Positions 20,701 to 29,260 of a stretch of DNA of 52,963 nucleotides are shown here, piece after piece. The notes beneath the pieces are model-generated. The model ran no database searches. It was not told the DNA's origin and saw only the letters and a list, made by a program, of their open reading frames with translations. Origin of the DNA: Micavibrio sp. (GTDB taxonomy: Bacteria > Patescibacteriota > Minisyncoccia > Moranbacterales > GCA-2747515); assembly GCA_020718085.1 (NCBI GenBank), contig DYDB01000003.1, positions 6,606-59,568 of the forward strand, in the 5' to 3' direction. The stretch's first letter is position 1. Each line of letters begins with the position of its first letter. Both the position numbers and the translations under genes were made by a program.

Positions 20701-22229
20701 TCCTCTTCTGTCATTTCTGAAAAGGCTTTTTTCTCTGCTGATTTTTCCTTTTCAAAACGACTTTTCTGCCATTTTTCAAAAAGCTTCGCCGTACCCATGC
20801 CAACTGCCACACCAGCACCGATCGGTGCCAAGAATTTACTCGTAGCAGCAGTGAACTTAAGTGCTGACATCGTCGTTTCTCCTGCACCAAGTTTCAGTGC
20901 AATTTTTGGTGCCATACTGAGTGCTGTACGCACACTGCCAGAAATAGCACCAAGTCCGATAGAACCAACGGCAAGAGTTTTTTGCACATTTTTATTGCGT
21001 GCCCATCGTGAAAACGTCGGGAGATATTTCTGTATGATCGGCGTGCCTTCTGATTTGATTTGCGTTCGTTGTTCTTGTAAAGATGCCACCTCCATATTTC
21101 GTCCTTCCACAACATCTTGAACGAGATTTTTGCGATCTTCAGGTGAAAGTTCATTATAATTATCAAGTAAAAAATTCTCTAACGCTTTGAATGCTGATTC
21201 ATAATCCTCACGAAATATTTGCACTTCTTTCTGTGCCGCCATATTTCCATCTTTGTTCCATGGCAATTTTCGCAATTTTGCCAATGCCGTATTAATTGCC
21301 ATGTCCTTACGTACAAAAACTTCACGCTTTTGTACCAGAATTGCACGCATTTCCTCTATTTTTTCGTGACGAATCTCGATTTTTTTGCCGTTATGCGCTT
21401 CTTTTTTTGCCGTAGCGATATCATCCCACTCTTTTTGAAATTTTGTCACATCATCCTCCGCCTCTATATTTTCACGCCTCTGCACTTCACGATCGAACTT
21501 ATTCTCTTCATCCATATCAGTATCACGTGATCCTTTTGGCACATCCGCAACAATTTCAACATCCGCCTTTTTTTCCTCATTTTTTTCATCTTCTTTTCCC
21601 GATCTCTCACCCAAAAGACTCAGTACGAGCCCTATTTTTTCAGACTCTTCTATATCATCAGAAAGACGCTGAGCGTCTTGTTCATATTTCGTTAATTTCC
21701 TTTTTTCTCCCTCAAATTTACCCTGTGCAACATCGCTCGCATCAAACTGTTTCTTACTGTCATACCGATTCTCCATGCCGATAATTCCTTGCAAACGCAC
21801 GATTTCTTTTTGCAACTCCTGCAATTCCTCTTTTTTGCCATTGATATTTTCCCCCTTGCGCGTATTAATATAATCACGCAATGACTGTTGATCGATATTT
21901 TTAAATATCTCATCTGCATATTTTTCTCTTTTTGCCATAAGAGCATTCTTTTCTTTTTGATGGGTTTCAAGCTCTTCTTTTTTTGCGGTCATGCCGCCAG
22001 CGGTATCATTTGTTGCATGCAGTGCACTTTCCCTGCTGGTGATTTTTTGGTCAATCAGTGTAATTTCTTGATCTATTTCTGTGCGAACACGTTTTTGTTC
22101 CTCGTTACCATTTTTCAAAAAATGAGCAATTTTTTCCGCTGATGCTGAACGCAAAGCAACTACGATATGCGCATTCTCCTCAGCTTTTCGTTCCTGTTGT
22201 GATATAGATTTTGGTTTTTCAAAACTCAT
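17790..22229 (-). CDS. Very large hypothetical protein (paralog family A, 1479 aa): coiled coil, hydrophobic hairpin, LysM-like and repeated modules
   Basis: Uninterrupted 1479-codon ORF; segments align by eye with the 629 aa and 796 aa proteins. Confidence 0.88.
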   Translation of the reverse strand: MSFEKPKSISQQERKAEENAHIVVALRSASAEKIAHFLKNGNEEQKRVRTEIDQEITLIDQKITSRESALHATNDTAGGMTAKKEELETHQKEKNALMAKREKYADEIFKNIDQQSLRDYINTRKGENINGKKEELQELQKEIVRLQGIIGMENRYDSKKQFDASDVAQGKFEGEKRKLTKYEQDAQRLSDDIEESEKIGLVLSLLGERSGKEDEKNEEKKADVEIVADVPKGSRDTDMDEENKFDREVQRRENIEAEDDVTKFQKEWDDIATAKKEAHNGKKIEIRHEKIEEMRAILVQKREVFVRKDMAINTALAKLRKLPWNKDGNMAAQKEVQIFREDYESAFKALENFLLDNYNELSPEDRKNLVQDVVEGRNMEVASLQEQRTQIKSEGTPIIQKYLPTFSRWARNKNVQKTLAVGSIGLGAISGSVRTALSMAPKIALKLGAGETTMSALKFTAATSKFLAPIGAGVAVGMGTAKLFEKWQKSRFEKEKSAEKKAFSEMTEEEKFLRLMDFDHGTIVNDAKRLEAISGNAKLAGLITGAIAGGSVFMLMGGDAHGAEDIVKSDTSVDHAFLNRAGKPLLDVEPKNIDGAEVEAALRDGSVTEAWLDKYTSYNDHITEFQSQGFHDTQAYADFQKEYNTEAFKKFVEEHPDTPRQEVINNWEKGMIARSNMIADRVHLERDVITAQRVAQEMHITDQNPTLDIHEGSVILNGKPVPQEIWEKYGYKPSYLGHVGQVHVPGAGLESDPSLSQETIRAASTDISGQGEEQGLKKEGVEGLDPLAKSHLLGKIFAEQMNIRDVHDIIYDNEGVPQSINHIPVTAVDREMGLKRYNFEELTRGKMQSAWVDTRMYDGMNVADSQDVSASAQEMNVSRWKELTGDISIDPEKGIGILAVKEGSNISRTIQEFLENQENHKILSEGKMGWDPEKYHSVHEWAQTRATVLANEYAKAHPGIDIDHIRPDTKIILDLHNLADVKTNIDFEGGPHIVPDATKVELPHAISPENVGDQAESVVKEIYTKGDMQRMFGMNEDQYTFFDKAPADKYFEEIKHVNPDKAQSNFDKAFIKIIGEKNIDLSNKTVMEVLRTHEISSLQDPVVENAVKIETPTAPVENVQEQAEQPTEIRQKQEHTTQNGDERVVRRSKNADEFFSHKEGTRVMSTGFSFTPDTPAGDIAKELTQRGVDKEYAQKLASEYKNDTSIFGDAMEKRQAMMKLNMKLREHLESNGKSFYDSAREIRPGHDVQPSLEQGHEKIIRRSPLAKEFMQNSTDALHKNAQLSQSFAEKMGEKDIFNVKAKLQGGVPVEINGKPVPEELYTPDQLQRVKTARHLNDLMSQGENAAHARDVAEHSVDTYKNFPDDQIMRALREQPRFHEDDFVRAVAREMRSTFDTNRIENIAGAKISFLRADSVAASAGYLSKAQFNLEDVISRAKDVFGPEIGEPRPGATVRSYFASIMARAKVTGTVDRIFPPEQN

Positions 22230-22312
22230 AGTACTTTTAATTTCCCCCTAAACTTTAACATTCATAATTATACAATACTTTATATACTTTACCTAGACAC
22301 ATTTTTCAGATA

Positions 22313-22355
22313 TGCACACAAAAAAATGCTCACCATTTGAGCATCTTTTTGTGCA
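22313..22355. terminator. Intrinsic terminator
   Basis: TGCACA..ATGCTCA-CCATT-TGAGCAT..TGTGCA hairpin after stop of 22369..24759. Confidence 0.7.
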
Positions 22356-22368
22356 CCCATCAGCATTC

Positions 22369-24759
22369 TTATATCTGCGCATCTCCTTGCGCAAGTCTCA
22401 TTTTTTCGCGTAAAATCGTTCTGAATAAGTAATTTGAAACCTTTGTACGACCATTTGTGTTATCTTGCACTCCACTGCTTATCATGACAGACTGCAATCG
22501 CTCTTTCGTTCGCTCACTGATCTGCAATTGCATCACATCATTGACAGACATGTGTGCAATGCGTTGAATAAATTGTTTCTGCTCCTGCACAGATGTCCCT
22601 TGTGTCATTTCATCTGAAAAAATATCAGCGATACGCTCAAAAACAGCTTTTTTATAAATTTGACTCTCTTGGGGATCCGCTATGATTTCCCGCACTTTTT
22701 GAAGCTCTGTTTGCAAAGAAATTGTGGACGAATCATGATGATCTTGTTCAAAAGAATTTTTTGACGTATCATCTTGTCTTTCTGGTGTTTGATCCTGCAC
22801 CTCTTCCACGGTGGGCTTTTGATCAGATGCTCTTTTGATCTTCTGTTGTTCCGGGACAATATGCGGTCCACCGACAAAAACAATATTATCGATATGTATT
22901 TCTTTTGTTTCCTTGCCATCAGTAGTTTTTTGGATCAGATCAAGATCGATCTGTGTATTGGGATAAACCTTATTTAGATCTAAGAACTTATGCTCCTTGC
23001 TATATTTTTGTGCAAGGAGAAATGCCATTTGCGACGGTGTTTTCCCCGAATCTTTCAATAGCTCAGGATGTACATTAAAATATTTTGTCATTGACCCGAT
23101 AATACTACTGTTTTTCTCAACAATAACAGTTTTATGCATATCCATAGGACTTTCCTCCGCAATCGTAGATTCATTGATCTCTTGTGCTTTTTCTGCTTTC
23201 AGCTCTTTTTCTTTCGCATGTTCCGCAACAATTTTTTCTATTGCCTTTATACGTGACGCATTATCAGCCTCACGTACCGTTTCAGTATATCGCATCGTAT
23301 CATGCGCATTTGCGATGCTATGTTCATCTTCATTTTTATGTTTCCCTCCCGTGGCATATCCCAAAATAATACCGCCAACCACCATAGACACGACAAAAGC
23401 CTTTTTTATTTTTGGTGAGATGCGCGCATATTGCAAAGAAATATTATGTAAAATTTGAGAGATCCTTCCACCAGCTTTTTCTCCACGTGCAGACACGTCA
23501 GTTGCAAAACGCTCAACACCCTCTTCTATATTAATGTGTGTATTCTCCATTTCCTTTTTTACGCCACCGTAAATGGATGTGTATTGTAAATATGCCTCAC
23601 GATATTCTTTCCATGCCTCATGATATTCCTCACGAAATATCTTTATATCGTCATCACCAACAGAAACATCCTTCCCAAAAAAGCTCTTGATACGCACCAA
23701 TGAATCGTTCTGATCGATCGTTTTTTGCGTAAACAGGGATCGTGCGTCTGCAAGTTTCTGTCTCAATGCATCTAATTTTCTTTTCATTTCCTGTTTCTCG
23801 TTTGTATTTTCCTTCTTTTCTACGGATGCCTGCTCTTTTTTTGTATCCACACCAGACACTGATGTTTCTTTCACATTCGATTCGATATCTTTTTGTATTG
23901 TTTGCTGCGGAACAGCAGCAACGGCATTTTGCATATCGCGTTTTTTTTGTGCCTCGACAACAACTTCGCGTATTTTGTGTAGATGCGTGCGAAAAACATA
24001 CATGGCATGTGCCAAGTCCGCACCTGTTAGACCATCCTTTTTTTCAATATCTTGTGCAACTTTTTGCCAGAACAGTTCTACTGCATTTTTATCAGACTGA
24101 TCGATCTCTTGATATAATTGCGTCACATTTATCACACGATTGACTACGGCCAACTTTTGTCTATTTTTTAGATCTTCTGCCTTTTTTTTAGCATCTTCAT
24201 CCGATTTTTTTATTGATTCAGAAACCAAAATCATAAGTGCGTCGAATGCAAGTGGGAGATCTCGCAATGTGATCTCGATTCCCAAGTCCTCTCTGAGATA
24301 TGATTTTTGACGCTCGCGAAAAATACTAAATTCTTCTTCAAATTTTTTAGGATCATAATTCTTTTCACCCAAAATCTCTTTTGTGAACGGGCGCACGAAC
24401 TTGATATAATTCCCAACTGCGCTATATACATTCGGTTTTACAATTTCTTGCATCTGTTCCATCGTGATCTTTTTAGATTCTCTGGATTTTACAGAGATCT
24501 CACCATTTGCATCATGGTGTTCGAAAGATAATTGTTGTATCACAGCGGTTTCGATCTCTCGCACATTCTGTGGATTTGTTATGCTTTCTGCAGCAACAAA
24601 GTCAGAAACATTCTTGCGAATAATATCTTGTACAGCAGGATCATGTGGATTCCTTTGCTCTTTCATCACATCTTTAAGATGCGCTACAAGAGCAGAAATT
24701 TTTCCAACCATTTCATCGCTAAAAAGATCATCCTGTTCAATGTGTGTGTATTCATTCAT
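22369..24759 (-). CDS. Large hypothetical protein (paralog family A, 796 aa), one central TM and a LysM-like module
   Basis: KIFREEY segment and VGGPHIVPE module shared with the 1479 aa protein; TM AFVVSMVVGGIILGYATG. Confidence 0.85.
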   Translation of the reverse strand: MNEYTHIEQDDLFSDEMVGKISALVAHLKDVMKEQRNPHDPAVQDIIRKNVSDFVAAESITNPQNVREIETAVIQQLSFEHHDANGEISVKSRESKKITMEQMQEIVKPNVYSAVGNYIKFVRPFTKEILGEKNYDPKKFEEEFSIFRERQKSYLREDLGIEITLRDLPLAFDALMILVSESIKKSDEDAKKKAEDLKNRQKLAVVNRVINVTQLYQEIDQSDKNAVELFWQKVAQDIEKKDGLTGADLAHAMYVFRTHLHKIREVVVEAQKKRDMQNAVAAVPQQTIQKDIESNVKETSVSGVDTKKEQASVEKKENTNEKQEMKRKLDALRQKLADARSLFTQKTIDQNDSLVRIKSFFGKDVSVGDDDIKIFREEYHEAWKEYREAYLQYTSIYGGVKKEMENTHINIEEGVERFATDVSARGEKAGGRISQILHNISLQYARISPKIKKAFVVSMVVGGIILGYATGGKHKNEDEHSIANAHDTMRYTETVREADNASRIKAIEKIVAEHAKEKELKAEKAQEINESTIAEESPMDMHKTVIVEKNSSIIGSMTKYFNVHPELLKDSGKTPSQMAFLLAQKYSKEHKFLDLNKVYPNTQIDLDLIQKTTDGKETKEIHIDNIVFVGGPHIVPEQQKIKRASDQKPTVEEVQDQTPERQDDTSKNSFEQDHHDSSTISLQTELQKVREIIADPQESQIYKKAVFERIADIFSDEMTQGTSVQEQKQFIQRIAHMSVNDVMQLQISERTKERLQSVMISSGVQDNTNGRTKVSNYLFRTILREKMRLAQGDAQI

Positions 24760-24902
24760 AATATCTATTCACTGTAATTTTTCAAATTCTTTTACATTAT
24801 ATCACATCAGAATGCTATATGGATATCACATCTGAATTTTAGATAATTTTTATCAATACATCTATGATATAATTATAATGTTCATAACTTTCAAAAACGA
24901 TC

Positions 24903-26483
24903 ATGATACTCAAACAAAAACAGATCCACTACATCCTCCTTGCAGCGATCATTGCATTAGCATTTTTTGTTCGCATATATAATATCGATTCCGTACCAAG
25001 CGGTATTTACCCGGATGAAGCAAACAACGGCACAAACGCTTTGGATGCGCAAAAAGAGGGTGTTTATCCGTGGTTTTATCCGGATAATAACGGGCGCGAA
25101 GGACTTTTTATAAACTTTATTGCACTCCTTTTTAAATTTTTTGGTGTAAGTATTTTTACATTCAAACTTCCTGCGATCATTATGGGTTCATTGACTGTTT
25201 TGGGCGTGTATCTGCTTTCGCGCGAGCTCTTTATTTCCAGACCACAACTTGCGCTCATTGCCGCCTATCTTACCGCAGTAAGTTATTGGGCAGTGAACTT
25301 TTCCCGTATTTGTTTTCGCGCGAATATGATGGTACCGATCCTTGCATTTCTTTTTTATTTTCTTTTCAAAGCCGTCCGCACAAATAAACTGGTCTATTTT
25401 GCCGTTGCCGGTGCAATATGCGGTCTCGGCTTTCATACATATATCGCATACCGACTCACACCCGTTTTGATCATTGTTCTTTTTCTGCTATTTGTCATAC
25501 AACAAGGTTTTCTGCCATTTCTCAAAAAATATTGGCGTGGAATGATACTTTTCATTTTATTTGCTTTACTCGCCTTTGCTCCAATGGGATATACATACTA
25601 CACACATCCGGAATATCTCTCCTCACGGACAGGAGATGTTTCTGTTTTTGCTGTTGATGATGTGCCGCTCACTGAAACACTTTTGCATACAACCACCCTT
25701 TCACTTCTCAAATATAACATCGCGGGCGATAACAACTGGCGTCATAATTTTCCCCCATATCCACTACTCGAACCAAGTGTTGGCGTAATGTTTCTCGGAG
25801 GCATCCTTACATCATGCGGTTTGTTTTTTCTCTATTTATTTCGTCGTTATCACACGAACATACGCAATCGCACATTTGTTGTACACGGATTTCTCTTGGC
25901 ATGGTTTGTAGGATTTTTAGCACCAGAGTTTCTCACAACAGAAGGACTGCCTCATGCTCTGCGCTCCATTGGCACGATCCCCGTTGTGTTCATTTTTGCA
26001 GCATTTTTTATCACGGTCCTTCTTGAGCGAGCACATAAGCACTCGCGCATCCTCTTTGTCACAACATCATGCATAACCGTTACATTGCTTATTTATTCGG
26101 GATTTTTTGACATGATAAAATACCATATTTTTTGGGCAACGCGCGTAGAACAAGCACACGCATTCAACAAGAACCTTACAGACATGGGTTATTTTATAAA
26201 CGCTCTCCCACAGAACGATACACCCATTTATGTTGTTGCCGGACACATGGAACTCCTACCTGTTACAATGCTCACGACCAATCGTCCAAATATACGATAC
26301 ATCTACGAAGAAGACATAAAAAAGATCGACCTGACTCAACCATTTATCATCTTTCTTCCCTCCGAAAAAGATGCAATGATCGATCACATCATGACGCAGA
26401 GTGATATTATGATCGAGAAGATCACCTATCCTCTTGATAGCTCATTTATTATGATCACATCAATTAATCAACAAATATTATGA
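24903..26483 (+). CDS. GT-C fold (ArnT/PMT, GT39/83-like) glycosyltransferase
   Basis: Multi-TM; RIYNI..P.GIYPDEA (DE motif in first loop). Confidence 0.85.
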   Translation: MILKQKQIHYILLAAIIALAFFVRIYNIDSVPSGIYPDEANNGTNALDAQKEGVYPWFYPDNNGREGLFINFIALLFKFFGVSIFTFKLPAIIMGSLTVLGVYLLSRELFISRPQLALIAAYLTAVSYWAVNFSRICFRANMMVPILAFLFYFLFKAVRTNKLVYFAVAGAICGLGFHTYIAYRLTPVLIIVLFLLFVIQQGFLPFLKKYWRGMILFILFALLAFAPMGYTYYTHPEYLSSRTGDVSVFAVDDVPLTETLLHTTTLSLLKYNIAGDNNWRHNFPPYPLLEPSVGVMFLGGILTSCGLFFLYLFRRYHTNIRNRTFVVHGFLLAWFVGFLAPEFLTTEGLPHALRSIGTIPVVFIFAAFFITVLLERAHKHSRILFVTTSCITVTLLIYSGFFDMIKYHIFWATRVEQAHAFNKNLTDMGYFINALPQNDTPIYVVAGHMELLPVTMLTTNRPNIRYIYEEDIKKIDLTQPFIIFLPSEKDAMIDHIMTQSDIMIEKITYPLDSSFIMITSINQQIL

Positions 26484-28282
26484 TCAGAAAAAATTATATT
26501 TTCATTGTCACCTGCATTGTTCTATTTATGGGCATTATTTCGATCTCTCTTGCATGGACTGACGCACTTACTTTTGACGAAGTTGCACATATTCCTGCAG
26601 GATACAGCTATGCCGCACTACACGATTATAGGTTAAATCCCGAACACCCACCCCTTCCAAAATTGCTTTCCGGACTCATGCTCCTTCCATTGCACCCAAA
26701 TTTTGATACGACACAAGACTTCTGGAACAACACCCATGGCAGCGGAGAATATGGCCAATGGGATGCTGGGCGTCATTTATTGCATCATGCAGGTAATCCT
26801 ACCGACAAATTGGTTTTTTTTGCACGCATGCCATTTGTCCTCATTTCTCTCATGTTTGGCATTTTTCTTTTCTATTGGGGCAAAAAAATAGGTGGGATCG
26901 TCACCGGACTTTTTGCACTCATTCTCTATGCTTTTGATCCAAATGTTCTCGGGCACAACCACCTTGTCACCACAGATCTTGCAATTGCTGCAGCATTTGG
27001 TATTGCATTCTTCTTTTTTTTACAATTCCTCAAGAATCCCACATGGCCACATGTTCTTTATGGCGGTCTTGCACTTGGCATAGCACAAGTCACAAAATTC
27101 AGTGCCATTCTTCTTATTCCGTTTTTTGGTCTCCTACTTATCATCTATCCTCTGTTTATCATTCTTCCAAAAACACAAAAGCGATACAGAGTTTTTGGCG
27201 GCTATATTGCAAAAGGCATATGTGCCATTATCATAATGTTTGTCGTTATGTATATAACGTATCTGCCTGTCACCTACAACATGCCATCCGACATCTTGCC
27301 AACAATTGCTGCTGTCAAAGGCCAGCCACAGAAGTATGCGAGGGATAAATACCTGATGGCATTTATCGATAAAACCAATCAACATGTTCTTACGCGACCA
27401 CTCGCCACCTATACGCAAGGCTTGATGCAGGTATTCAATCGTGTTGATGACGGAAATGTTTCCTATTTTATAGGCACTGTTTCAAGTGACGCATCTCCGT
27501 GGTATTTTCCCTTTGTATTTGTCGCAAAACAAACATTCGTACATCTGTTCTTTTACGTTGTTGCATTTATCCTCGCACTTCTTCTTATCATGCAATCATT
27601 GCGACGACTTTTCACACAAAAAATCACATATTCACTTCATGCGTGTCGACGATTTTGCATGCGCAGATTTCATGAGATCTCCCTTGGTGCGTTTATAGTT
27701 TTATACAGCTACATTTCAATTACTGGAAATCTCACCATCGGTTTCCGACACCTTTTTCCCATGATGCCATTACTTTATGTATTGACAGCACGCGTAGTAA
27801 TTGGCTCGTACACAAAATTGCATAATAAATTTTGGCAAAAGATCGTACGCAACACATTTATTGTGATCATCATCGCTCTCATTGCGATTGTCATCAATGC
27901 GTATCCATACTATATTTCCTACTTTAATGCATTGTTTGGTGGTCCAAAGAATGGATTTCACTATGTCACAGATTCCAACGCTGACTGGGGGCAGGATCTC
28001 AAACGTCTCAAAACATATTTGGATCAACATCCGGAAATTTACAAGATCCGTATTGATTATTTTGGTGGAGACAATATAAAAAATCGCATCGGCGATAAAT
28101 ACATTATGTGGTGGGACAGCAAACGTCCTATAGAACCCGGTTATTATGCGATCTCCACACTACTTTTACAAGAATCTCTTCATCGCACAGATCGCGCCTA
28201 TGATGATACGTATCATTGGACAGACAAGTTGTTACCGATTGATCAAGTTGGTACATCCATAATGATCTACAAGGTGGAATAA
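26480..28282 (+). CDS. GT-C fold (ArnT/PMT-like) glycosyltransferase
   Basis: LTFDEVAH, NPEHPPLPK, VTTDL, GFRHLFP, DSNADWGQDL; ATGA overlap with the previous gene. Confidence 0.85.
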   Translation: MIRKNYIFIVTCIVLFMGIISISLAWTDALTFDEVAHIPAGYSYAALHDYRLNPEHPPLPKLLSGLMLLPLHPNFDTTQDFWNNTHGSGEYGQWDAGRHLLHHAGNPTDKLVFFARMPFVLISLMFGIFLFYWGKKIGGIVTGLFALILYAFDPNVLGHNHLVTTDLAIAAAFGIAFFFFLQFLKNPTWPHVLYGGLALGIAQVTKFSAILLIPFFGLLLIIYPLFIILPKTQKRYRVFGGYIAKGICAIIIMFVVMYITYLPVTYNMPSDILPTIAAVKGQPQKYARDKYLMAFIDKTNQHVLTRPLATYTQGLMQVFNRVDDGNVSYFIGTVSSDASPWYFPFVFVAKQTFVHLFFYVVAFILALLLIMQSLRRLFTQKITYSLHACRRFCMRRFHEISLGAFIVLYSYISITGNLTIGFRHLFPMMPLLYVLTARVVIGSYTKLHNKFWQKIVRNTFIVIIIALIAIVINAYPYYISYFNALFGGPKNGFHYVTDSNADWGQDLKRLKTYLDQHPEIYKIRIDYFGGDNIKNRIGDKYIMWWDSKRPIEPGYYAISTLLLQESLHRTDRAYDDTYHWTDKLLPIDQVGTSIMIYKVE

Positions 28283-28303
28283 ATGCCTATATGCAAAAAA
28301 TTT

Positions 28304-29254
28304 TCAGTCATGTGCATCATTGATCTTTTTTTCCATATTTGCATCATTTTCCTTTTCACTCTTTTCTTCATCAGATAATTCTTCCTTTGTTTCCACGCCA
28401 TCTTTTATTTTATAAAAGATCTTCTCGGCAAAACGCAGATCCACGTATGACAGATCATTGCGTGAAACTGGCAGAGCGGTCTTTTTGATGAATAATTGTG
28501 CCATATCAAGTGTTTCCTCTTCATTTTGTGCCAAAGAGATCAAAATATTCCACGACTCATCAGTTACAAAACGCGCTTCCCGCGAGCCACGTGCATCGAT
28601 AAAATATGGTTGCGTTACCCCAACATTCAAAACATAGATCAATTCCTTTCCTAAGTATGCAATTTTTTCAAGATCATCTTGTGCAATTACACACTGACCG
28701 ATCTCCACATGATCCCTCGCCCGATCAACAATAATGAAATGATCATTTTGTTGAATAAGTGCAGAATTTAGATCAGTTTGTTGTGATACACATCCATCAA
28801 CCAGCACAAAACAATTGCCACTCATATCACCAATACACCACACTGGTAAAACAGCGTGTTCTTCTACTGTGATCGTGATCATATTGGGAAAGTGTTTTTG
28901 TATACGCACATCTTTAATTCGCTGATCTTCACGAATTTTTTCGATTATTTGTGCCTTTTGCAAGAAAAAGAAATTGCTCTTTTTCATACATCCCATGATA
29001 TTTCCAGAAATTGATTCTCTCACATTGGCGATCATAGCATTGCGATCAACGCGTTGTGTGCCCTTTACATCAATTTGCGTGATATCCACAAATCGCGAAC
29101 AAAAAAATATATATGCAACACTTCCAATAAAAAGAACCACCAAAAAAACAAAAAGCCATTTTTTAGGATGATATTCTTTTTTTATCCTTGGAGCATCCTT
29201 GCGCATATGCGCACTGCGCACCACTTTGCTGTGTTTTTTTCTCGCGATCATCAT
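28304..29254 (-). CDS. ftsQ: FtsQ/DivIB-like POTRA-domain cell division protein
   Basis: Basic N-tail, TM, IDVKG...IQKHFPNMITITVEEH (POTRA), C-terminal YVDLRF motif. Confidence 0.75.
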   Translation of the reverse strand: MMIARKKHSKVVRSAHMRKDAPRIKKEYHPKKWLFVFLVVLFIGSVAYIFFCSRFVDITQIDVKGTQRVDRNAMIANVRESISGNIMGCMKKSNFFFLQKAQIIEKIREDQRIKDVRIQKHFPNMITITVEEHAVLPVWCIGDMSGNCFVLVDGCVSQQTDLNSALIQQNDHFIIVDRARDHVEIGQCVIAQDDLEKIAYLGKELIYVLNVGVTQPYFIDARGSREARFVTDESWNILISLAQNEEETLDMAQLFIKKTALPVSRNDLSYVDLRFAEKIFYKIKDGVETKEELSDEEKSEKENDANMEKKINDAHD

Positions 29255-29260
29255 GACGTA

